From a virus, in the IMG/VR virus record IMGVR_UViG_3300044712_000557, positions 29,163 through 93,162 of that record: a stretch of 64,000 nucleotides of DNA, one strand, 5' to 3'. The position numbers were made by a program, and so were the translations under genes. The notes under the pieces are model-generated. The model searched no databases, was not told the DNA's origin, and worked only from the letters and a program-made list of their open reading frames with translations. Below, in pieces: positions 14,781 to 23,900 of the stretch (positions are counted from its first letter, which is position 1; every line of letters starts with the position of its first letter).

Positions 14781-14837
14781 GACAGAGGCGGGCTTGGAAA
14801 GCTCGCCGTTCGGGTTCGACTCCCGATCCCACCGCCA
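14766..14837 (+). tRNA. atypical tRNA, anticodon GGA (Ser), 7-bp anticodon stem, no V arm
   Basis: GGTGGGA/TCCCACC-G-CCA; GGCGGGC-TTGGAAA-GCTCGCC; TCGGG-TTCGACT-CCCGA. Confidence 0.75.
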
Positions 14838-14904
14838 CTCTCGTGGCCATGATAGTTATCGTGGCCATGTTCGAAGTTACTGAACGATCCGCGAAGTTGA
14901 ACAT

Positions 14905-14981
14905 GTGGATGTCGCCAAGAGGCTCAAGGCGCTAGGCTGCAACCCTAGTATTCGGTGGTTCAAATCCACTCATCCACTCCA
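14905..14981 (+). tRNA. tRNA-Cys(GCA)
   Basis: CTAGG-CTGCAAC-CCTAG; U73. Confidence 0.92.
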
Positions 14982-14982
14982 C

Positions 14983-15057
14983 AGGGCCTTGGCCGAGAGG
15001 ACTAGGCAGCGGGCTTTGACCCCGCTAAGACAGGTTCGATTCCTGTAGGCCCTGCCA
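14983..15057 (+). tRNA. tRNA-Gln(TTG)
   Basis: GCGGG-CTTTGAC-CCCGC. Confidence 0.9.
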
Positions 15058-15243
15058 ACCTCCCAGAAAGAAGGCTATACGTGTCTGCTGTGTCTGGCCC
15101 CGTTGATATGAGGATGCGTCTCTCTGAGCTAGAGAATGAATGGATGGACCGCGATACGATCTCGCTGGGGTTCCTGGCGAGGGCGCTGTTCCTGATAGCC
15201 GCGATCCTCATCTTGATCCTAGAGTCTATGCAGGAGAAGCAGT

Positions 15244-15597
15244 ATGTGTGAAGACTGCGTCGAAGCCGATGCGGAGCGTGATCGACTGGAGTTAGAGCGT
15301 CAGCTAGTCGACCTTCTTGAGAAGTACGAAGCTGCCAACAGCAAGCTTGAATCTGCCGAGTCTAGAGCTTCTACCCTGGAGGCTGCCCTGCGAGGCGTAC
15401 ACGGGGTCGTACTTGACGATGGCTATGAGGTCAATGTAGCCGACCTAAAGGGACGCCTAGACGAGATCGCCGATCTCCATCAGCCGTTAGAGCTTCACGG
15501 GGAGATCCTCGTAGACAACTGTGGTCGGTCGAAGTGTGGGGGGTGCCTAGGAGTTTGGCCCTGCGCGACTGATAGTCTTCTCCACCGAGAGCCTTAA
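15244..15597 (+). CDS. hypothetical protein with CxxC...WPC motif
   Basis: AGGAG RBS; coiled coil then CGGCLGVWPCAT. Confidence 0.65.
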   Translation: MCEDCVEADAERDRLELERQLVDLLEKYEAANSKLESAESRASTLEAALRGVHGVVLDDGYEVNVADLKGRLDEIADLHQPLELHGEILVDNCGRSKCGGCLGVWPCATDSLLHREP

Positions 15598-15748
15598 TCC
15601 GCACCTCGCCCCCTCCTTTTCGTAGATCGATCAGGCCCGCATGATATGTGGGCCTCATTCGATAGGCGAAATCGTCTACGATACACATCCAATATCGGAG
15701 TGTACATCCTCAGCGAGGCGCATTAGCGGAGAACTCTTGCTAAGCGGC

Positions 15749-15783
15749 AAGGGGCGGGAAGAGGGATCCTCCCGCCCCTTTTT
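15749..15783 (+). terminator. intrinsic terminator between the convergent arms
   Basis: AAGGGGCGGGA/TCCCGCCCCTT + TTT. Confidence 0.75.
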
Positions 15784-15784
15784 A

Positions 15785-16018
15785 CTATCGTCGTGGACCG
15801 TTGACGATAATAGGCCCCGGTCGATGCTGGGTCTTGTCGAATGGAGATTCCTTGGGGGCATAGATTCCACCACCGCCCATCGGATTCCCATCCCTGTCCA
15901 GTAGAATCTCAGTACCCCCAGGCAACGTAACCTTGCTGCCCCTGATGGCGTCCAAGACCTTCCTGATTGGGCCGCTCTTGATGAACGCGCGCAGGATGTC
16001 GCCTAGTGGGAATCCCAT
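15785..16018 (-). CDS. hypothetical protein
   Basis: Last ORF of the virion arm. Confidence 0.55.
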   Translation of the reverse strand: MGFPLGDILRAFIKSGPIRKVLDAIRGSKVTLPGGTEILLDRDGNPMGGGGIYAPKESPFDKTQHRPGPIIVNGPRR

Positions 16019-16072
16019 CTCAGCAGCCCTTGCCCTTCTTGCCCTTGCCCTTACTCTTCTTCATCTCGCACC

Positions 16073-16267
16073 TCACCACTTCTCGATAGCCTTGAGAAGC
16101 TTCTTCTTACGCTTCTCTTTCTTGATGACCTTCTCGTCATCCTGCTCCTCATCGAGGAGCCCCATGTCGCCCGTCACTTTGGCGACCTTCTTCTTGGGCA
16201 TTGAGCTGGCCTTACCGGCTAGCTCCCCTTCCGGCCCGAAGATCTCCTCTGCTAGACTCTTTACCAT
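16073..16267 (-). CDS. small Lys-rich protein
   Basis: GAGG RBS; KKEKRKKK. Confidence 0.6.
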   Translation of the reverse strand: MVKSLAEEIFGPEGELAGKASSMPKKKVAKVTGDMGLLDEEQDDEKVIKKEKRKKKLLKAIEKW

Positions 16268-16277
16268 GTTCTAGTCC

Positions 16278-16385
16278 TCAGCACTTGCAGGACGACTTGC
16301 CACAAGAGCAGGAACGAGTCTGCCCGCCCGACTTACTGCCGCCCTTGCTTGCTGCTGCCTTGACCTTCGATGCGCCCTTGCCCAT
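16278..16385 (-). CDS. 35-aa Lys/Gly/Ser/Cys microprotein (not in track)
   Basis: GAGGAG RBS; MGKGASKVKAAASKGGSKSGGQTRSCSCGKSSCKC. Confidence 0.6.
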   Translation of the reverse strand: MGKGASKVKAAASKGGSKSGGQTRSCSCGKSSCKC

Positions 16386-16396
16386 TTTCGTCTCCT

Positions 16397-16999
16397 CTAC
16401 TGGTTAAACCGAAACGCCGAAAGCATCCTTCTGATGCTGGCATCATCGTACTGCGGTGCGACTGCCGAAGTCTGCGTAGCTGGAACCAATGGTGTCTCTT
16501 CGCGCATTAGGCCCTGGAGCATCTTCGCAATGCGGTCTTGATGGGCCGCATCTGGTACGGAGAACTCAGGGCTTAGCTCGTCAGCAAACGGCTGCCCAGG
16601 CGCAGTCACATCAGCAATTGTACCACCCACCGTGTTGACGTAGCCCTGAGCGCTAGGAGCCACTCCCCCAGCCCTGCGTGTCTTTCCAGGGCCGGCGTTG
16701 TAGGCAGACACAGCCTGCCTAGGATCCTTGAAGCTGTGTAGCATCTTGGCGATGTATCCCCCAGCCGCGTCGATAGCCTTGTCGGGATCCAGCATGTCAC
16801 GATGCGCGTAGCCCATCTCCTTAGCGGCTGCAGGATGCACCTGGAAGAGCCCCAGGGCCTTCCCCTGGTCACCAACGACACTAGGATCCCCCTGGCTCTC
16901 TCTCATGGCGATTGCGTACAGCAGAGACGCGGGAATGCCCAGGGGCTTCGCAGCCCTGCGGGCCATCTCTACGAGTTGATTCTGAGGGATCTCAGGCAT
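16397..16999 (-). CDS. soluble lytic transglycosylase (SLT) domain protein
   Basis: AIAMRES, ALGLFQV, AYNAGPG. Confidence 0.9.
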   Translation of the reverse strand: MPEIPQNQLVEMARRAAKPLGIPASLLYAIAMRESQGDPSVVGDQGKALGLFQVHPAAAKEMGYAHRDMLDPDKAIDAAGGYIAKMLHSFKDPRQAVSAYNAGPGKTRRAGGVAPSAQGYVNTVGGTIADVTAPGQPFADELSPEFSVPDAAHQDRIAKMLQGLMREETPLVPATQTSAVAPQYDDASIRRMLSAFRFNQ

Positions 17000-17002
17000 T
17001 AC

Positions 17003-17230
17003 TTACGCTCCAAAGAGGTCGGCCGCGAAGCTGTCACGTCCAACGGCCTTCGCCTTCTTCTTGCCCTTCTTCTTCGCCTTCTTCTTGTCGCTCTTCCCGG
17101 TGACCGGTGCGCTCTTGTGCTTGCTGTTGTAGATAGCAGCGGCCTTCGACTGAGCAGCATCGTACTCTGGAGAATCGACTGGCGCTCCCTGTGCGAACTT
17201 GTTCCTCATCGCCTCGTATGCCTTTGGCAT
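17003..17230 (-). CDS. small Lys-rich protein
   Basis: GGAGG RBS before MPKAYE; KKKAKKKGKKKAK. Confidence 0.6.
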   Translation of the reverse strand: MPKAYEAMRNKFAQGAPVDSPEYDAAQSKAAAIYNSKHKSAPVTGKSDKKKAKKKGKKKAKAVGRDSFAADLFGA

Positions 17231-17240
17231 CTCCGTCCTC

Positions 17241-17507
17241 CTACAAAGTGAACTTGTGCTCTCCACCATGAGCACGATTTAGGTGGCAGTAGTACTCCGA
17301 ATAGTGAGCGTTCTGGTCAGGGTTCTTCGCATCGCACTTGGCCAGAGACTCGTAGAGAGCCTTATCCTCTGCCTCTCTACGCTTGCGATCCTTGCGATCT
17401 TCCAGATACCACTTAGGAAGGTAGTACGGAAGCCCGATGGTGAGCGCGAATAGGGCCTTCCCCCACTGTTTCTTGGTTGGCGGACGGAACGTATCTAGAG
17501 ATCCCAT
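17241..17507 (-). CDS. small membrane protein
   Basis: Single hydrophobic segment ALFALTIGLPYYL. Confidence 0.55.
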   Translation of the reverse strand: MGSLDTFRPPTKKQWGKALFALTIGLPYYLPKWYLEDRKDRKRREAEDKALYESLAKCDAKNPDQNAHYSEYYCHLNRAHGGEHKFTL

Positions 17508-17885
17508 TTAGCCCTTCTTCCCTACTCTGTCCATTATAATCTTAGCTCTAGAGCTAGGTGCCTGGACTGTCTTTCCAGAGGCATCTTTACGCCAGCCTAG
17601 GCCAAAATTCCCATCTTTCCCATTGGAATACGCCTTCTTCAGCTCGTCTGGAGAGAATTGAGCAGCGGTAGGATCTACCTTCGATCCATCTGGCTTCTCT
17701 AGCCACCAATGGGTCATGTCGCGTCCCTTGGAATCCTTCCCTAGGTTCGCCACCTTTGGCTTCAGAGTGCGCCCTGTGAGCCACCACGTCGCTTCAGCGG
17801 CTGCGTAGCAGTGCCCGGCGGTTGAATGGTCATCCGGCGTGCGTAGACTCCTCCACTGAGGATTCAAGAGATCCGGGGTGAGCAC
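17508..17885 (-). CDS. minimal transglutaminase/papain-like Cys-His-Asp protein
   Basis: GHCYAAAEA..THWWL..VDPTAAQF. Confidence 0.6.
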   Translation of the reverse strand: MLTPDLLNPQWRSLRTPDDHSTAGHCYAAAEATWWLTGRTLKPKVANLGKDSKGRDMTHWWLEKPDGSKVDPTAAQFSPDELKKAYSNGKDGNFGLGWRKDASGKTVQAPSSRAKIIMDRVGKKG

Positions 17886-17908
17886 CGACTCGACCTTCTT
17901 CGCTACGG

Positions 17909-20900
17909 CTACTTCGCTTTTGGGCCGCTACCGCTTCCCTTCGGCTTCCCCAGAGCCGTACGGCTGTAGTACTTGCTCTGAGTCTCGAAGGCACCGCGAG
18001 GACGATTCGGATACGACGGCCTGTTGCGCGACACGACGGCCGTAGATACGCTACTGAGCCCGGTCTTGACGCCCGGTTCTACGGTATGGCCTGGGAAGAG
18101 AGCCTTCAGCTCGTCTACGAGTTCTCCAGGCTGATAGAACTTCTGGAACGTCCTCGTATCCTTCGCGCCATCCTTAGGTGGCGGTCCCATGAGGACGCCA
18201 TCAAAGATTGGCTCGCCGCCCATGTTCTTTTCTGCGCGCACAGCAACGTACATCTTGTCCTTCGCGCGGCCCATCGCCTCGATCCACATCGAGTGGCGCA
18301 TGTTTGGCGGGATCACGTTACCAACGAAGGTGTTCGTTACGATGTCGGCCATGCCTTCTGGCTTCGTTGGGCTGTGAGTAGGATCGTAGCCCTTCACGTT
18401 TGCCGCGCCCGCCTCCTCGTAGTGCTTGAGGTCGGCTCCCTTGCCGGATCCCCAGTCGAATACGGTCTTGCCCTTGATGGCCTCGCCGATAGCTTTCGCA
18501 TGCGACGAAGATCCAGAACGAGCCATAGCCGTACGGCCAGCGTTCGCTACAACCTGCTCCTCAGTGTACTTGCGAGGGTTCCATTCCTTGCTGTATGGCA
18601 CCGGGCGACCGTACTGCTTTGGAAGCTCAGATAGGGAAGCCTGAGAAGGAGCCTTGCGCAGTGGGATCGTCTTCTTGTCAGGCTCAGCTACGCCGAGAGA
18701 CTTCGCAGCCGCCTTGCGCATCTGAGTGAGCGTGTCCTCAGAGAATGGAGACTTGTCGGGCGCTGCCTCTGGGGCATTGCCGGCCATGAAATCTCTGACG
18801 ACATTCTTATCGGCCTGATTGGAGTCGTGCCCACCCTTATACTCAGCCATCATCTTGTTGATGTACGGCATATCGAACTTGAATTGGATCTTCTGCTGCT
18901 TAATGAACTTCCCATTCTTGTCCCAGATGCGTCGGTCGGTCAGCAGCTTCTCATAGCCGGGCCAGTTGCGCATACGTTCGAACGGGGGCTTGACGCCACG
19001 CTGCTTACATAGCGCATCCAGCTTCTTTAAGTCGCCCTGCCACTCATCGATGAAGATCTCGACTGGAGCGGTGTCGATACGCTCCTGGCGATCCTTGGCA
19101 TCCAGCTTGTCCCACGCCTCCTTGAGCAGGCGACTCTCAGCGTAGGCCTGTGGGTTCTTGGCTCCCTTCGCTGTTCCCTCGGCGATCTTAGCCGCCATCG
19201 TCTTCGCGTCGATCTTCGGGAGATGCTGCTCGCTGAACTGGTCAAAGGCAACCTTCTCAGGGTCGAGGCCGACCTTCTCGCCAGTCTTAGCGCTCCTCCA
19301 GTTCTGCTCTTCAGAGTAGTCCTTCCAGTTCTCCATGCGGTTGACTAGCTGGTGCTCCCTGCTAAGGCCAGAATCGTGATACGGAATGACGTAGTCGATA
19401 TCCTTTGAGGCCAGTAGCGCCTTGATATGCTTATCACTGATCCCGATTGCCTCGACGCCGACATTGTCGTACTTGTCACGCAGTTCATATGCACGCTTCA
19501 TGTTGCGGATGGACTCGCGCTTATTAAATCTGAGCGAGCCGTCCGGGTTGAAGCCGTCACCCTCGGGGATGACGCTGCAATTGATCATCTCGTTCGTGTC
19601 CTTCATGGACTCGACGTACTCGATCTCCTTGGTGTAAGCCTGACCCTTGAGGCCACGCAGAGCCTTGTCCATTACGGCCTGCATCTTGTCGAGTAGATGC
19701 GGAACCTCAAAGTCAGACCAAGAGTTGGAGCGAGCGCCAGAGTAGCGGTTCATCTTGTCGATCTGACTCTGCTTCATGCTGAGATACTCGCCCTTGTACT
19801 CAGCTCGTCCGATAGGCACCTTGGCGTTCAGGCCAGCAAATGCAGCAGACAGAACAGCGTACTGCTCTGGGTCATCTACGAACATCTTGTTGCGGCCTTC
19901 CTGCGTCAGGGCTAGCTTAGCGTTCTCTGCCGTAAGTTGTGCGATCTGGCCCTTGCCCTTGCCAGTCTTAATCTCGTAGCCCTCAATGGCCTTATTGATC
20001 GCCGTGTCCATCTTGATGCGACGGGACTCGACGTAGCAAGGTCCGCAGTTAACTTCGTGGCCCTTGTCCTCAAGCATGCGTCGGATCTTCAAGATGTCAT
20101 CTGCCTCAAGCATCTTGCCGCGCGCCTTCTGGATGGCGTCAACAGTGTCCGACAGCTTATAGCGGCGACGGCACATCGTCGTGTAGTCCTCGCTCACCGG
20201 GTAACGAGGATCGCCATTCTTCTTGATGCCAGTGGCACCGTTGAGTGCGACGAAATCGAGCCGATCAGGATCGGCATTGACTGCAGCCGCAACGCTACGG
20301 AGGTCAGCCTCAAATGACTGCATCTGCTTTTCCGTAAAGGCCTTGACCTTCTTATTGGCCTTGCGAGCAGCATACATCGTTTCGTTCACGGTACGAGTGG
20401 AGTACTTAGCGGGCGCTACCGCCCCTCGCGTCATGACCACGCCATTCTTCTGGACCACGCCCTCGCCCTTAGATCCAGCGTTGAACAGCGGCTCATCAGC
20501 GGGAGACTGCTTGCCCATACGAGGCTTCAAGTCCGTCTTCTGAGTCTCCAGAAGCCCCTTCTGCCCAGAGCGCGGCTGCGCAATGTTGCCAGCTCGTTCT
20601 AGCATCGACCCAGTAGAGCTGCGTAGAGGCTTCGGGCCTACGCTAGCCTTCGGTTCGATTCCATAGGCCTCGTATCCCTTCGCCTTCATGCCCGCATTCG
20701 AAGCTTCGCGCTCGAATGCCTTGCCAGTGCTCATGCTCTCAAAGATGGACTCTGGATCTGGATGAACTGCGCGCAGAGCTGTCGTGAAGAAGTCACTGAC
20801 CTTCTTGAAGTACTTGCCAATCACGCCCTGTGGCTGCCACTGTGGGTTGGCCTGACGGCGGTTGAAGTACTCACGATAAGCGTCAGAGATAACTTCGTCT

Positions 20901-23900
20901 ACGCCACGGTTGGCTGCCTCTGCAATCGGGCCATACTTCTTCTGTAGAACTGCACGCTCCTTCGGTGTTGCGAAGTGATCCAAGAAGACGTGGCCAAATT
21001 CGTGAGGGATCGAACCCTTGCGAACGACTTCGATGATTGCTTCCTTGTCGAGGACAGTCTTGAGCCCCTCTGCGACCATCTTGCCAGCGCGCACGCCTTC
21101 GATCGCCCCTGGGGAGTACTCTCCAGCAAGAGTACTTGGGTCGACCTCGATGCGATCCTTCGGGATGATGCGGATGTTTCCGCCTGGAGTCTCAATGACG
21201 AGCGACCCGTCCGTCTCATCGACGTAGGCGCTCTTCTTGAAGTTGTCAGGCAGGCTTCTGATGATCTGCGTCGGAGTTACGAGCGGACGACGAGACTCTA
21301 CGAGGTCGGAGAGCGCGTGCTCCTTAACGTTGAGTTCAAACTGACCGTTCTCTAGCCAGCGTCCCTCTCCACGAGCAGCTAGGCGATCACGCATCGCGAT
21401 AGCAGCCTTGGTGACGATACCTTCCGACACGCCGACCTTGTTAGAGCTTGGGAAGATGATCTTGTCGGCACCGTTGGCCTCGGCGAATTCACGTACGGCC
21501 TGGATCATCGCTGCGGAGTTCTCTCCCTCGCCCTTGTCTAGGTGCCACATCTCCACCTTTCCCTTGCGCAGGCGAACGGACACGGACTCTCCGTCCGGGC
21601 CATGGAGTTTGGACTTTCCTAGGTTGCCCTCCTCGACTCCGAATCCCCCAGGCAGGTAAGGTAGTTTGTCGCTATCTACGAGGTAACTCTTCGCAGTATC
21701 GCCAGCCTTACGAAGAGCCTGTTTGATGCCGCCCATAACCTTGGTAGCGGGTTCTGCCCTGAACGGCCCCTCGACTTTTGGGGGCATCCTCAGCTCAGGC
21801 TTCTCCTTCGTCTTCTGGTAGTCCTCGGCCAGGGAGTACTGCTTGCCCCCTCCTTCGACAAATTCCTTCTTAACCGATGGCCTTACTCTGCTTGGGGTTC
21901 CATCGGAGTCGATCGAGGTGATCATGGATCCGTCTGGGTGGACATATCCAATACGGTTGCCATGAATATCTTTAGCGTCTGGGTTGGGCGCAGTCTCACG
22001 GGCCAGCTTAGCGGCTGCTGCGAAGTCACGCTTGTTCACCAGGGCCTTGATCTGGTCTACCTGTTCTGGGGTGCGTGCGGTCCTAGGAGCCGTCTTTGCT
22101 TCAGGCGCAGTCTCCGGGGCCACCTCGGCCACTGGAGTAGCTTCTGGGGCCGCCTGGGCCTCCACGGGGGCCTTCTTCGGAGTCTTCTTGCCTGTCTTTT
22201 CGGCCCGAACCTTATCGTAGGCAGCCTCAGCTTGTTCACGAGTCGTCTCAATACCCTCGCGAGCCTGGGTAGCCTGGATGGTCGAGGACATCATGTCCTT
22301 GCGCTGCCCCTCGTCGGCCAGAATCTTCTTGACGTTTACCCTCTTGCTCTTCTTGGTCGGAGCCGGCGCTGGAGCTTCAGGTGGGGCTGGTGGCGGATCA
22401 GGAGCAGGCGGCTCGGAAGCCTTCCGCTCGATTACCGCGTCTACGGCCTTGATGTCTGCCTGGAGATTGGCTGCGTCAACCGGATGCTCTTCGGTCTTAG
22501 CGGCAGCCTCTAGTTGATCACGAAGGCGCGCGAGAGCCGGTAGATCGAGGGCGTCGAGGCCCTTGCTTTGAGTCTCGGCGAATTTCCCTTCGATCCCCGT
22601 TGGTCCCGTTGGCTGCTCGGCCTTCGGCTCGACCAGAGCCTTCCCCTTCTGCTCACGATAACGCTTCAGAGAGTCCTGAAGGAGAGGCTCAAAGGTGGCC
22701 TGATCAACGTGCCTCTTGATGAGTCGTGCGCGGATTGCCCCTGCGTTCCCCTGGCTCTCTGCCACGAGGGCATCCATGGCGGCCTGAGGAGACGTAGACA
22801 TTCCAGATCCAGCGATAGCGCCAGCCGTCGCGTTCTGCTTCGCGTTCTCACGCTCGGCAACGATAGCCTTAACGGCACGATCACGCGCGATAGCTCGCAT
22901 GATCTTAGAACCAGCCTCGTCCTGTGGGATTGGAACGTCCTCTACGACTCCAGTATCCTTGTTCTTCTTTCTCTGGGTAAGCTTACCAGTCCTCCACTCC
23001 TCAACGGTACGGTCGTACTCTGGGTGGAAGTCCTGCTCATTACGACCGATCCCGAGATCCTTCGCACGCTGCTCGCCCTTCGACACTTCAGGCTCAGGCA
23101 CACCAGCTTCCTTCATCGTCTTCGTAACATCAGCTAGAGGCGTGTGAGGAGTCTGCTGGAACGGATCGGCTGCGGCAACTTCGGCGGCATTGCGCTCAGG
23201 AGCACCAGGGACTACACGCGGAGACTCGCCACGTACTTCAGGCGCAAGCATGCCAAGAAGCTGTGCCTGCTCTTCTGGCGTGAACCCTCCTAATCCTCCA
23301 CGCTCAGTCTTGCTCTGCCATGGATCTGGAGCCATCAACTGAGACTGCTGCTCAGGTGTTAGCTGGATAGGCGGCTCAGAGTAAGGAGCCTGCAGTGGCT
23401 CGCCCCACTTGATCCCCTTCGCAGCTTCAGCGTTCGCGATGTTGTCTGCGATGCCTAGGTCTTCTCTTTGGCGAGCCTTGGCCATCTGAGTCTCGTAGGC
23501 CTTCATCGCAGGCTCTAGGGCCTCAGATGGATCCATGCCGTATGCCTTCGCATAGGCCTTTACCATCTTCTCTAGGCCAGGGTTCTGCTCGTACTTGTCG
23601 AGTAGGTCTAGCTCTGCTTGGGCCTTCTGCTCAGCAATCTGAGCCTTACGCTGCTTGAGAGTCTCCACTGCAGACGGAGGCGGTGCCTGGTCGGCCTGTT
23701 GCGTTGCTGCTAGCCCTTCGTTGAGGGGCGCTTCCATCGCAGCCTGATCGAACTCAGTCGCAGGACGACCAGCAAATGGATCGAGGCCAGCCCTTGCAGC
23801 GAGAAGCTGCTCTGGGCTACCAGCCATAGCTCCAGTGATGCTCTTTGGATCGACGCCCTGTGTTGCGGCTAGCTGCTCAACAATGAAGCCAACGTCTGGG

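Noticed and set aside
5274-15057. Suppressor, Sec or Pyl tRNA and genetic-code reassignment
   Set aside because: No CTA, TTA or TCA anticodon in a tRNA fold; long genes read normally and TAG, TGA and TAA all serve as stops.
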